64,000 nt of DNA, taken from Acidimicrobiaceae bacterium (GTDB taxonomy: Bacteria > Actinomycetota > Acidimicrobiia > Acidimicrobiales > Aldehydirespiratoraceae). Location: positions 36,808-100,807 of the forward strand of contig JAPOYA010000001.1 in NCBI GenBank assembly GCA_026706815.1, given 5' to 3'. The translations under genes were made by a program, and so were the position numbers. Positions within the stretch are counted from its first letter, which is position 1. Each line of letters opens with the position of its first letter. This document shows positions 40,068 through 49,627 of this stretch, piece by piece. A model generated the notes under the pieces. It worked only from the letters and a program-made list of their open reading frames with translations, had not been told where the DNA came from and ran no database searches.

Positions 40068-40358
40068 TTGCCCGCAGAAACGCATGTGGAACAGGCTCCC
40101 ATGAGTCGTGAGGAGATCCTCGCCCTCGTCAGGGACCAGCTTGCCGACATTCTTGAGATTGAGCCGCTGTCGATCGACGAGGGCGACGCATTCGCCGATG
40201 ACCTCGAAGCGGACTCGCTGGCTCTTATTGAACTTGTAGAAGCACTCGAAGAGGAACTGGCTGAGCGCTCAGCGGGTTTTCGGATCGAGGATGAGGATCT
40301 TGAAGATCTCCGAACCGTTCGCGACGCCGTCGACTACGTCGCCGCAAAGCTGGGCTGA
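40068..40358 (+). CDS. acpP: Acyl carrier protein
   Basis: DLEADSLALIEL; AGGAGG upstream of TTG 40068. Confidence 0.92.
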   Translation: MPAETHVEQAPMSREEILALVRDQLADILEIEPLSIDEGDAFADDLEADSLALIELVEALEEELAERSAGFRIEDEDLEDLRTVRDAVDYVAAKLG

Positions 40359-40369
40359 GGCGCTGAGCA

Positions 40370-41071
40370 CTGCGTTCGCTGTCTGCGCTCGAGAACCGGC
40401 TCGGGTATCGTTTCGACGAACCCGTTCAGCTCGAGCTGGCGGTAACGCACCGCTCTTGGTGCGCCGAACATGATGGCGGACCCAGCAACGAGCGGCTCGA
40501 GTTTCTCGGCGACGCGGTCCTTGGCCTGGTCGTCGCGGATTTCCTCTACCGACGGTTCCCCGACCTGCCCGAGGGTCAGATGGCCAAGACGCGAGCCGCT
40601 GTCGTGAACGCGTCCACACTCACCGATCTGGCCGTGGACATTGATCTCGGCGGGCACCTTCGCCTGGGAAAGGGCGAGGAGGGCTCCGGTGGACGCGCCA
40701 AGGCGTCGATTGTCTCCGACGCGCTCGAAGCGGTCATCGGCGCGGTCTACGTCGACGGTGGGCTCGAGTCCGCTCGCGACTTCGTCCTGGCCCAGCTTGG
40801 TGACCGAATCGACGAAGCGGCCGGCCAACCTGGCGCACGCGACTACAAGACGCTGTTGCAGGAATCTGCGGCCGGCGACGGCCTGGACTCACCGGAGTAC
40901 GACGTTTCGCAGACGGGCCCGCACCACAACAGGCTGTTTCGGGCGGTCGTCAGGATCGGGGGCGAAGTCTGCGGCACTGGGGAGGGCAGCACGATAAAGC
41001 AGGCTCAACAGCGAGCTGCCCGGGTCGCATACCAGGCGCGCACCGGTGAGGATGGAGCACTCGATGTTTGA
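40370..41071 (+). CDS. rnc: Ribonuclease III (no canonical start; CTG inferred)
   Basis: In frame upstream of the tracked ORF: LSALENRLGYRF..AVTHRSW..SNERLEFLGDAVLG; then DALEAVIGA and dsRBD DYKTLLQE. Confidence 0.9.
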   Translation: MRSLSALENRLGYRFDEPVQLELAVTHRSWCAEHDGGPSNERLEFLGDAVLGLVVADFLYRRFPDLPEGQMAKTRAAVVNASTLTDLAVDIDLGGHLRLGKGEEGSGGRAKASIVSDALEAVIGAVYVDGGLESARDFVLAQLGDRIDEAAGQPGARDYKTLLQESAAGDGLDSPEYDVSQTGPHHNRLFRAVVRIGGEVCGTGEGSTIKQAQQRAARVAYQARTGEDGALDV

Positions 41072-41897
41072 GCTGCCTGAAGTCGAAACGGTGCGCCGCG
41101 ATCTCGAGCGAGACGTCGTCGGGAAGAAAATCAAGGGTGCTGAGGCAATGAGCATGAAGGTGCTGCGGCGGTATCGAACCCGCAACTCGTTCGTCTCTCG
41201 TCTGGCGGGGAACAAGATCACCGCAGTCCAGCGCCTCGGGCTGCGCATCACAATCGTGTTCGACAATGAATCCAACCTGGTCGTCGACCTGGGCTCGAGC
41301 GGGTCGCTGCGTCGCACGGCAAACAAAGAAGCGGTCGCCCCCGAGACCGAAGTGGTCATCACCTTCACACAGCATGGCCAGTTGCGCCTGCTGGACGCCC
41401 AGGGCACTTCTGAGATGTTCGTGGTCGACGGCGACTCAATTCTCGATGAGCTGCCGGAACTCGAAGAACTGGGGATCGACCCGGTGTCCGAGCCCGTCAC
41501 CTGGACGGTGTTCGGCCGGAGTCTGCTGCAGCGCCGAGTAAGGTTGAAGACACTGCTGACCGATCCGACGTTCGTCGTCGGGATCGGTGACGTCTACGCC
41601 GATGAGATCCTGTTCCACGCCGGGCTTCGCCACAATCGGATGAGCGATTCCCTGACAAGCCAGGAGATCCGAAGGCTGCATCGCGCGTTGGTCGGCACCC
41701 TTCACGACGCCATCAAACATCGCGGCACGTCGATCCCCGAACGGGAGTTCTTTGATCCTGCGGGCAACCCGGGCGAGTACGGCAGCCACCTGATGGTCTG
41801 GGGCCGGCACGGCGAACTCAGCGCCAGGTCCCGCTTGCCGATACAGCGGGTCAAGTTCCGGGGGGCCTGGACATACTTCTGTCAAACACAGGTGTGA
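41064..41897 (+). CDS. Fpg/Nei family DNA glycosylase homologue with degenerate active site
   Basis: MFELPEVETVRR, H2TH motif GIGDVYADEILF; sits at the usual mutM position between rnc and smc. Confidence 0.85.
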   Translation: MFELPEVETVRRDLERDVVGKKIKGAEAMSMKVLRRYRTRNSFVSRLAGNKITAVQRLGLRITIVFDNESNLVVDLGSSGSLRRTANKEAVAPETEVVITFTQHGQLRLLDAQGTSEMFVVDGDSILDELPELEELGIDPVSEPVTWTVFGRSLLQRRVRLKTLLTDPTFVVGIGDVYADEILFHAGLRHNRMSDSLTSQEIRRLHRALVGTLHDAIKHRGTSIPEREFFDPAGNPGEYGSHLMVWGRHGELSARSRLPIQRVKFRGAWTYFCQTQV

Positions 41898-41937
41898 AGT
41901 CTCATCCATGTAATTCGGGCTGATACATTTGACTGGG

Positions 41938-44900
41938 ATGTATCTGAAGAACCTCACCTTGAAGGGATTCAAGTCGTTCGCAGACACGACTTCGATCGAT
42001 CTCGAACCAGGGGTCACCGTAATCGTCGGCCCCAACGGCAGCGGCAAGTCGAATGTCGTGGACGCAATTGCCTGGGTGCTCGGATCACAGGCGCCGAATG
42101 CGCTGCGGTCCAGCAAGATGGACGACGTGATTTTTGCAGGGACCAGCAAGAAGCCCGCCCTCGGCAGAGCCGAAGTCTCTCTCACGATAGACAACCACTC
42201 GGGCACGCTCCCCATCGATTTCAACGAGGTGCGAATCAGCCGCATACTGTTTCGCAGCGGCGATTCCGAGTACGCGATCAACGGAGTTCCCTGTCGCCTG
42301 ATCGACATCGCCGAGTTGTTGAGCGACGGCGGCGTCGGACGGCAACAGCATGTGATCGTCTCGCAGGGACAGATCGATGCGGTCCTGACCTCACGCCCCC
42401 AGGATCGGCGAGCGATCATCGAAGAAGCCGCAGGCGTCTTGAAGTACCGCAAGCGCAAGGAACGCGCTGAACGCCGCCTTGAAACTTCGGACAGCGACCT
42501 CACCAGAGTGAAAGACATCATTCGCGAAGTCAGGCGCCAGTTGCGCCCGCTCGAGAAGCAGGCTGAAGCTGCCCGCCTCCACGGTGATCTTGTCGAAGAA
42601 CTGGCGGCTCAGCGGCTCCACTTGGCGGGCAGGCGGATCGCGGAGCTCCGCGACCAGCTGCAGGCCGTCGGCGAACAGCCGATCCGCGCACTCGAACAGT
42701 CTGCAAGAACTCGGCTGGCTGATCTCGACGAGGACATCGCGGCTTGCGAGAGTGAGCTCTCGGACCGCTCCGAAGCCGACCTCGGCGACAAGCTCCGACG
42801 ACTCGAATCCATGCGAGAACGCGCGAGGGGACTGGCGGCGCTCGTCGCTGAACGTCGGCGCGGCATCGACCGTGACCGGTCCGCGTTCACCGACCGGGGG
42901 GTAATCGCCAACCTCGAAGCGGAGGCCACGCGTCTGCGCCTCGCCCTCGCCGGAGCCGAAACCGAAGCCACGGCTCTGAGAAGCGACTCAGTAACCCTGG
43001 AAGCGAACGAGCAGCAACTGGCGAGCGACCGAGCGGCCCTCGAAGAACAGACAGCTCGAGCCGAATCGGGCCCCGGCAACCGGGCTGCTGAGGTCCGCGG
43101 AGAGCTTGCGGCCCTCCGCTCCGGTATAGAGACGGGAAGCGAAGAACGACAGCGGTCCCAGACACGACTGGGCTCCTTGGCCGAGCGGCAATCGACCCTC
43201 GACTCACGCTTGGCCCGGCAGCAGGCCGAACTCGAGACAGTCCAAACAGAGCACCAGCGGCTGGTTGCCGAACTGGACGCAGCCGAAGCGGCCCGACAGC
43301 GCGCCGAGGCAACTCTCGACGCCGAGATCGCGGATCACGCAGAAGCCGATGCAGCCCGGCAACGGTGGCTGGCTCGAGCCGAAGCGCTCACGCTTGCGCT
43401 GCACGAAGCTCGCTCGGCGGCCGGAGCCGACAGAGTCGCGCACGTCAAAGGCGTCCTGGGCACCCTGCTCGATCTGGTTGCCATCGATGAGGGATTCGAG
43501 GCTGCGTTCGAGTCTGCAGTCGGCTCCGGGTTGAACGCGATCATCGCGCGCGACCCAGATGCGGCTCGTGACGCTTTCGAGGCCCTGCGTGCCAGCGGGT
43601 CGTCGGGAGCGGTATTGGCACTGGGAGCGCTGCCCAAGCGCGGTTCCGATAGAGCCCGCGGTTCCGATAGAGCCGCTGAAGGCTCAAGACTGCGCAACTG
43701 GTTGTCCTCGGACTCCCAAGAGTCCAAGAACCTGCTCCGAGAGCGGGTACGAGGCACCGAGAAGGGAGTCGATGCGCTGCTGGACGTGCTGATCGGCGAC
43801 GTCGAGACAGTCGACGGCGATTGGCAGGCCGCGGTGGATCGAGCGTTGGGCGACCCGATGCGCTCCTTCGTGACCTCCACCGGAGAGTTCATCGGGCCAG
43901 ACGGCTGGCGTGTTGGGAACAGCGGCTCGACTGCGACCGCCGCAGCGCTCGCCGAAGCAAGCGAACAGGTCGTTGTGGCGGGAGTCGATTGCCAGAAAAT
44001 CTCCGATCGGGTCGCCGCGGCCCGCTTGCAACTCGCCGAGTGCGCCGATGTCGCAGCGAATGTCTCAGAGCGCCTCGCTCAGGCCGAGTCCGAACTTGAG
44101 GCTGCGGCGAAAGAATGTCGACAGCTTGAAGCTGACAGCCGTGATTGCGCCACCGAATCCGACGCGCTGAGGACCGGTCTCGATGAACTGGTGGCACGCC
44201 TCGCCGGCGAACAGGACAGGTTGGAAGATCTAGAAAGCTCCCACCAGGTGTTGGAGGCTCAGGAATCCGAGCAACGAGAAGAGGCTCTGCGGATTGCCGT
44301 CGCAAGAGCGCAGATCGACCAGCGAGCACGAGAGGTCGCCGCGTCGCGCGCCGATGTAGACGTGCGAGCCGCGGCCATCAACGAACGAGAGAACGGGTTG
44401 CGGACCCGCATAGCGGAGATCGAAGCCAGACTCGAACGCGATGTCTCGGAGCGATCCACCGCTGGTCGACAGAGAGAATTGCTGGACCGCCGCGCAACCG
44501 TGCTCGACAAGTTGACGGTGGCGATCGACTCACGGTCGACGACAATCGAATCCCGGCTCAGCGAGGCGCGCGAGGCCCATGAACAGCAGTCCGAGACCTC
44601 CCGTCAGATCGTGCGTCAGCTCACCGATCTCCGCAGCGAGCGGGCAGCACTCAACCAACAGTTCGAGAATCTTCGGGAACGGGCCGCCAGTGCGGCAATC
44701 GAGCGGGCCGAGCTTCGGGCCAAACTCCAAACCGTGGTTGAGAGCGTCCGCGCCGAGCACAAGGTTGGTCCCGATGTCGCCGTGTCGGCGCCGTGCCCTC
44801 CGCTGCCCGAGGGGATCGACCCGCCGCGCCGGATAGAGCAGTTGCAGAACGAGCTCGAGATCATGGGTCCGATCAACCCACTGGCTTTGGAGGAATGCCG

Positions 44901-45480
44901 GGCGTTGCAGGAGCGCCACGAGTTTCTGCAAGCTCAACTCGCCGACATCGCCTCCACGCGGCGTGAATTGACGAAGGTCATCGCCTCGATCGACGACGAT
45001 ATTGTGACGATCTTCGCTAACGCCTTCGCCGATGTCTCGCTCAATTTCGAGAAGCTGTTCGAGACTCTCTTCCCAGGTGGGAGTGGATCGATAAGGCTGA
45101 GCACCCCCGACGATCTGCTCAATACAGGAATCGACGTCTCGGCCAAGCCTGGCGGCAAGAACGTTCGCAAGCTGTCGTTGTTGTCGGGTGGTGAGCGGAC
45201 CCTGACGGCATTGGCGTTCCTCTTCGCGGTGTTCATGAGCCGTCCTTCGCCGTTCTACGTCCTGGACGAAGTCGAGGTCGCCCTCGACGACGTCAACCTG
45301 CATCGCTTCTTGAATCTGGTCGACGAGTTCCGCGCCGACGCGCAGTTGGTCCTTGTCAGCCATCAGAAACGCACGATGGAAATCGCGGACTGCCTCTACG
45401 GTATCTCGATGAAACCCGGCGCTTCCAGCACTGTCATCAGCGAGAAAGCCACCGCCGCCACCACCATTGACGTCGCTTGA
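41938..45480 (+). CDS. smc: Chromosome segregation protein SMC
   Basis: LKGFKSF, GPNGSGKSN, long coiled coils with hinge, LSGGE, LDEVE. Confidence 0.97.
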   Translation: MYLKNLTLKGFKSFADTTSIDLEPGVTVIVGPNGSGKSNVVDAIAWVLGSQAPNALRSSKMDDVIFAGTSKKPALGRAEVSLTIDNHSGTLPIDFNEVRISRILFRSGDSEYAINGVPCRLIDIAELLSDGGVGRQQHVIVSQGQIDAVLTSRPQDRRAIIEEAAGVLKYRKRKERAERRLETSDSDLTRVKDIIREVRRQLRPLEKQAEAARLHGDLVEELAAQRLHLAGRRIAELRDQLQAVGEQPIRALEQSARTRLADLDEDIAACESELSDRSEADLGDKLRRLESMRERARGLAALVAERRRGIDRDRSAFTDRGVIANLEAEATRLRLALAGAETEATALRSDSVTLEANEQQLASDRAALEEQTARAESGPGNRAAEVRGELAALRSGIETGSEERQRSQTRLGSLAERQSTLDSRLARQQAELETVQTEHQRLVAELDAAEAARQRAEATLDAEIADHAEADAARQRWLARAEALTLALHEARSAAGADRVAHVKGVLGTLLDLVAIDEGFEAAFESAVGSGLNAIIARDPDAARDAFEALRASGSSGAVLALGALPKRGSDRARGSDRAAEGSRLRNWLSSDSQESKNLLRERVRGTEKGVDALLDVLIGDVETVDGDWQAAVDRALGDPMRSFVTSTGEFIGPDGWRVGNSGSTATAAALAEASEQVVVAGVDCQKISDRVAAARLQLAECADVAANVSERLAQAESELEAAAKECRQLEADSRDCATESDALRTGLDELVARLAGEQDRLEDLESSHQVLEAQESEQREEALRIAVARAQIDQRAREVAASRADVDVRAAAINERENGLRTRIAEIEARLERDVSERSTAGRQRELLDRRATVLDKLTVAIDSRSTTIESRLSEAREAHEQQSETSRQIVRQLTDLRSERAALNQQFENLRERAASAAIERAELRAKLQTVVESVRAEHKVGPDVAVSAPCPPLPEGIDPPRRIEQLQNELEIMGPINPLALEECRALQERHEFLQAQLADIASTRRELTKVIASIDDDIVTIFANAFADVSLNFEKLFETLFPGGSGSIRLSTPDDLLNTGIDVSAKPGGKNVRKLSLLSGGERTLTALAFLFAVFMSRPSPFYVLDEVEVALDDVNLHRFLNLVDEFRADAQLVLVSHQKRTMEIADCLYGISMKPGASSTVISEKATAATTIDVA

Positions 45481-45508
45481 TCATTCTGAGAATGCAAGGC
45501 CGTGAGGT

Positions 45509-45841
45509 TTGGCAGATGAGATAATGTTGCGTATTGGACTCATCTACGAATTAGCGTTTGTGGCCATATCGGGCGTTGTGATCGGAGTAGTTTTCCGCCG
45601 GTTTTTCCCAGAAGTGAAACCGCTTACGCTGACCAACCTTCGGCCCCATCTGATTCCGATTGGATGTGGTTGTGTTATTGCTGCCCTGTTGTTGATGATC
45701 CAGCTGTTGTCCGGATTGTGGAAGCCGATTGAGTATGCGCTCATGCCAGTCCCGATGATCGCGATAATCATCGCGATCAAAAAAAGGGAGGCAATACGCC
45801 GCGCTTTGAACAGCGGGCGAGATGACTGGCTAGATGACTGA
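45509..45841 (+). CDS. Hypothetical 3-TM membrane protein (AT-richer than neighbours)
   Basis: Open frame with three hydrophobic segments filling the gap; no recognised motif. Confidence 0.55.
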   Translation: MADEIMLRIGLIYELAFVAISGVVIGVVFRRFFPEVKPLTLTNLRPHLIPIGCGCVIAALLLMIQLLSGLWKPIEYALMPVPMIAIIIAIKKREAIRRALNSGRDDWLDD

Positions 45842-47023
45842 CGGTGTCGGGTTGTCGATGTCGAGCAGGTCGGCGAGCGCCTGAGTGACCATGTTGTGAA
45901 TCGCTGGGTTCATCTCCGGGGGAAGCAGACCTCCGTTGGTCATGCGGTCGCCGAGTCCGATGAAGATCGCACAGAAACGCATCGCACCGAAGACCTCCCA
46001 GTAACGCGGCGCGCGAACCTTGCGTCCGGAGGCCTGCTCGTAGAGATCGATCATCTCGGACCGGGTGGGGAAACCCTCCATGCGTGCAGCCCCCAGGTCG
46101 TCGAAGGACATCCGGTCGAACATCAGCCACCAGCCGACGTCGGCCTCGGTGGGCAACAGCGCGCAAGCCTCCCAGTCAAGAACCGCCGCGGGGCGGTAGT
46201 CCTGCCACAAGATGTTCCCCAGCCGACTGTCGCCCCAGGACAGACCGACGCGGTCATCTTGGGGATCGTTGGCGATGAGCCAGTCAAACGCCGCGGAGAG
46301 CACCGGATGATCCCGACCGGCCAGTTCACGGGCAGTGGACGCCCGGTAGAGATCCAGCTGCGCTCGCGTGCCGGGTTGCCCTGTGCCGCTCGTGTCGAGC
46401 CATTCCAGCCCGGCCGCCCGCCAGTCGATCGAGTGGATCTCCGCCATTGCCTGCAAACCCGTGGTGACCATTCGATGGCGCTCAGCGGGCGTTGCCTCAT
46501 CGACCAGGAATCCCTCCTCGGAGTAGCGGGGCCGGTCGGAGGGCACTCGACCCTCGGTGAACCCCATCACAAAAAAGGGTTGACCGATGATCGCCGGGTC
46601 CGACTCATAGCCGAGCAGTTCGGGCACCGGAGCGCTGCAGTTGCGTCTGACCGCCTCCATGGCTCGGTACTGAACCTCGACCGAAACGCCGCAGTGGTCG
46701 CTCTGGGCTGGGAACAACGCGCCCGCGGCAGGTTCGATCCGGGCGACGAAGCGGTCCGAGCATTCCGTTCCCTCCTCGGTCCAGGAGGCGTCGAAGAACA
46801 CTGTCTCGTTGGAGAATCCCGTCGAAACCGGGATGTCGATGTTGGCAACCGAAGCACCGACCCGGTTCGGGTGCCTGCGGGCGATCCATTGCTCGAAAGC
46901 GGGTCCGTAATGGCTGCGATCCGTGTGGAATTTCGGAGCGCTGCCCAGGTCCGGCGGAACCTCGTTTCGACGGTCGCTGGAGGCGTCTGGATAGGAGGAT
47001 TCGCGTTGGATACGTTCGCTCAT
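45830..47023 (-). CDS. Aminoglycoside-phosphotransferase-like (APH/ACAD10-type) kinase
   Basis: TGFSNET, IGQPFFVMGF, WGDSRLGNI, VLDWE. Real start ATG 47023 with TAATGT 7 nt upstream. Confidence 0.88.
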   Translation of the reverse strand: MSERIQRESSYPDASSDRRNEVPPDLGSAPKFHTDRSHYGPAFEQWIARRHPNRVGASVANIDIPVSTGFSNETVFFDASWTEEGTECSDRFVARIEPAAGALFPAQSDHCGVSVEVQYRAMEAVRRNCSAPVPELLGYESDPAIIGQPFFVMGFTEGRVPSDRPRYSEEGFLVDEATPAERHRMVTTGLQAMAEIHSIDWRAAGLEWLDTSGTGQPGTRAQLDLYRASTARELAGRDHPVLSAAFDWLIANDPQDDRVGLSWGDSRLGNILWQDYRPAAVLDWEACALLPTEADVGWWLMFDRMSFDDLGAARMEGFPTRSEMIDLYEQASGRKVRAPRYWEVFGAMRFCAIFIGLGDRMTNGGLLPPEMNPAIHNMVTQALADLLDIDNPTPSVI

Positions 47024-47080
47024 TTTTTCGACATTACGACACGCACTTGCGCGCTTCGAATTCGCTAGTCTCTGGTGCCG

Positions 47081-49543
47081 ATGGCTCGTTCGCTGCCTTT
47101 GGGTCCGGCGCTCCCGGATCGAGCTGAAGTCGTTGTAATCGGCGGGGGCATCGTCGGTTGCTCGATTGCCTACCATCTGACACGTCGCGACGTCAGCGAT
47201 GTGGTGCTGCTGGAGCAGGGCACCCTCACCTGCGGGACCACCTGGCATGCCGCGGGCTTGGTGTCGCAGCTCAAATCGACGCATTCGTTGACCAAACTGG
47301 CGACCTACTCTGCCCGCTTGTTCGAAGAACTGGAAGATGAAACCGGTCAAGCGACCGGATACCGCACCCCGGGATCGATATCGGTCGCCGACAACGATCA
47401 ACGCTGGGAGGAGATCACGCGCGGCGCGACGATGGCAGAAGGAGTCGGCGTCGAGACCCGGGTGATCGACCTCGACGAGGCGAGTGAACTGTGGCCGCTG
47501 ATGCGCACCGATGATCTCGTCGGGGCGCTGTACATCCCCCGCGACGGGCAGACCTCGCCGGTGGACACCACAATGGCCCTGGCCAAAGGGGCCAAATCCC
47601 GCGGCGCCGAGATCATCGAAGGCGTTTCGGCAACGGACCTGAAAGTCGCCAACGGCAGAGTCACCGGCGTGGTCACCGAGCAGGGTGAGATCGAGACCGA
47701 GACGGTCGTGCTCGCAACCGGCATGTGGACCCGTCACCTCGCCGCCCAGATCGGGGTCAACGTCCCGCTTCAGGCATGCGAGCACTTCTACATCGTCACC
47801 GAACCCCTCGATGGAATGGAGATCGGCACCCCGACACTGCGCGACCCCGGCAACTACACCTACTTCAAAGAGGAGACGGGCAAGCTCATGGCCGGGTTCT
47901 TCGAGCCCCGCGGCAAGGTCTGGCGCACTGATCAGATCCCACGCGACTTTTCCTTCGGAACCCTCGACGAGGACTGGGAGCATCTGGGGCCGATCTTTGA
48001 ACGCGCCATTCATCGCGTTCCGGCGTTGGGCGAATGCGGACTGCAGCTCTTCTTCAACGGCCCTGAGGCATTCACCCCCGACGGCGTGTACTACATGGGA
48101 GAAGCGCCGGAGGTGGACGGCTGTTTCGTTGCCGCAGGCTTCAACTCCGTCGGGATCCAATCAGCGGGCGGCGTCGGGTGGGCGTTGGCCGACTGGATAG
48201 CAGATCGGCGCGCTCCAATGGATCTCAATTCTGTCGACATTCGCCGGGCGCTGCCGTTCCAGGCAGATACCGACTACCTCCAGGACAGGATTTCAGAGAG
48301 CCTCGGCCTGCTCTACGCCATGCACTGGCCGTTCCGGCAGTATGAGAGCGCCCGCGGCATACGCCTGTCACCGCTGCATGACAAGATAGCGGCTGCCGGA
48401 GCGGTGTTCGGCGAAACCGCAGGCTGGGAACGGCCCAACTGGTATGCCCGCAACGGCCAGGCCCGCGAATACGAGTACTCCTACGGCAAGCAGAACTGGC
48501 ACAACAACATGGTCACCGAATGCCTCGGAGTGCGGGAGACAGTCGGCCTTTTCGACCAGACGTCGTTCGCGAAGTTCACAGTCAGTGGACCGGATGCGCT
48601 GGCCGTGCTCAACACCCTCAGCGTCGCCGATATAGATGCACCGATCGGCAAGGCGGTCTACACGCAGTGGTGCAACCAGGCGGGAGGAATCGAAGCAGAC
48701 CTGACCGTGAACCGCTTGGGCGACGACGAGTTCTTCGTTGTCACCGCCGCGGCGTCGGAGGGCCGAGACTGGGCTTGGCTGCGGCGCGCCTGTCGAGACA
48801 AGCAGGTGACGCTGGCGAATGTCACCCATGAGCAGGCGATGATCGGCCTGATGGGGCCCAGCAGCCGAGCCGTGCTGTCACAACTGACCGACACGGACCT
48901 GTCGAACGCCGGATTCGAGTTCGGCACTGGTCGCACCATCAATCTCGCAGGGTTCGACGTGTTCGCCCTGCGGATGAGTTACGTGGGGGACCTGGGCTGG
49001 GAGTTGTACGCGGCCAACGCCGACGCAGGAGGCGTCTACGACGCGCTGGTCGAGGAGGGCGAGTCCCACGGCCTCGTGCATGCCGGCTACCACGCAATGA
49101 ACTCGCTCCGCTTGGAGGCCGGCATGCGGCACTGGGGCCATGACGTCACCGACGAGGACACCCCTCTGGAAGCTGGGCTCGGGTTCACGGTCGCATGGGA
49201 CAAACCCGTCGCCTTCAACGGACGGAGCGCACTTGAGGCGCAGCGCGGACAACCCCGCACAAAACGGCTCATCCAGCTGCGCATCGAAGACCCGGACCTG
49301 TTGACCTACCACGACGAGCCCCTGTATCGCGATGGAGTGGTCGTGGGCAGAATATCGTCGTCGATGTGGAGCGCCACCCAGAACCGCTGCTGCGCCATGG
49401 GCTATGTCGCCCATCATGAAGCGGTGACGAAAGAATGGCTCGACAGCGGCTCATGGGAGACCAACATCGCCTCGCGGCGCGTGCCGCTCAGCACGTCGAT
49501 CCGCAGTTGGTTCGACCCCGCCAACCAACGACCGAAGCAGTAA
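47081..49543 (+). CDS. GcvT-family FAD-dependent amine dehydrogenase (sarcosine/dimethylglycine dehydrogenase-like)
   Basis: [48 protein letters not shown]. Confidence 0.9.
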   Translation: MARSLPLGPALPDRAEVVVIGGGIVGCSIAYHLTRRDVSDVVLLEQGTLTCGTTWHAAGLVSQLKSTHSLTKLATYSARLFEELEDETGQATGYRTPGSISVADNDQRWEEITRGATMAEGVGVETRVIDLDEASELWPLMRTDDLVGALYIPRDGQTSPVDTTMALAKGAKSRGAEIIEGVSATDLKVANGRVTGVVTEQGEIETETVVLATGMWTRHLAAQIGVNVPLQACEHFYIVTEPLDGMEIGTPTLRDPGNYTYFKEETGKLMAGFFEPRGKVWRTDQIPRDFSFGTLDEDWEHLGPIFERAIHRVPALGECGLQLFFNGPEAFTPDGVYYMGEAPEVDGCFVAAGFNSVGIQSAGGVGWALADWIADRRAPMDLNSVDIRRALPFQADTDYLQDRISESLGLLYAMHWPFRQYESARGIRLSPLHDKIAAAGAVFGETAGWERPNWYARNGQAREYEYSYGKQNWHNNMVTECLGVRETVGLFDQTSFAKFTVSGPDALAVLNTLSVADIDAPIGKAVYTQWCNQAGGIEADLTVNRLGDDEFFVVTAAASEGRDWAWLRRACRDKQVTLANVTHEQAMIGLMGPSSRAVLSQLTDTDLSNAGFEFGTGRTINLAGFDVFALRMSYVGDLGWELYAANADAGGVYDALVEEGESHGLVHAGYHAMNSLRLEAGMRHWGHDVTDEDTPLEAGLGFTVAWDKPVAFNGRSALEAQRGQPRTKRLIQLRIEDPDLLTYHDEPLYRDGVVVGRISSSMWSATQNRCCAMGYVAHHEAVTKEWLDSGSWETNIASRRVPLSTSIRSWFDPANQRPKQ

Positions 49544-49627
49544 GTCCACTCAGCAGACCAAGGAGACGTCAGTGAACCAGAGAGGCGCAGTGAACCAGAG
49601 AGGCGCAGTGAACCAAGGAAATAGGCG

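Noticed and set aside
43638-43676. 18-bp in-frame duplication in the SMC hinge region (RGSDRA x2)
   Set aside because: Likely a neutral loop expansion, part of the general stutter pattern.
47024-48160. Apparent 776-aa ORF (long N-terminal extension of the APH-like kinase)
   Set aside because: The extension is the antisense of the GcvT gene; a -10 box precedes ATG 47023.
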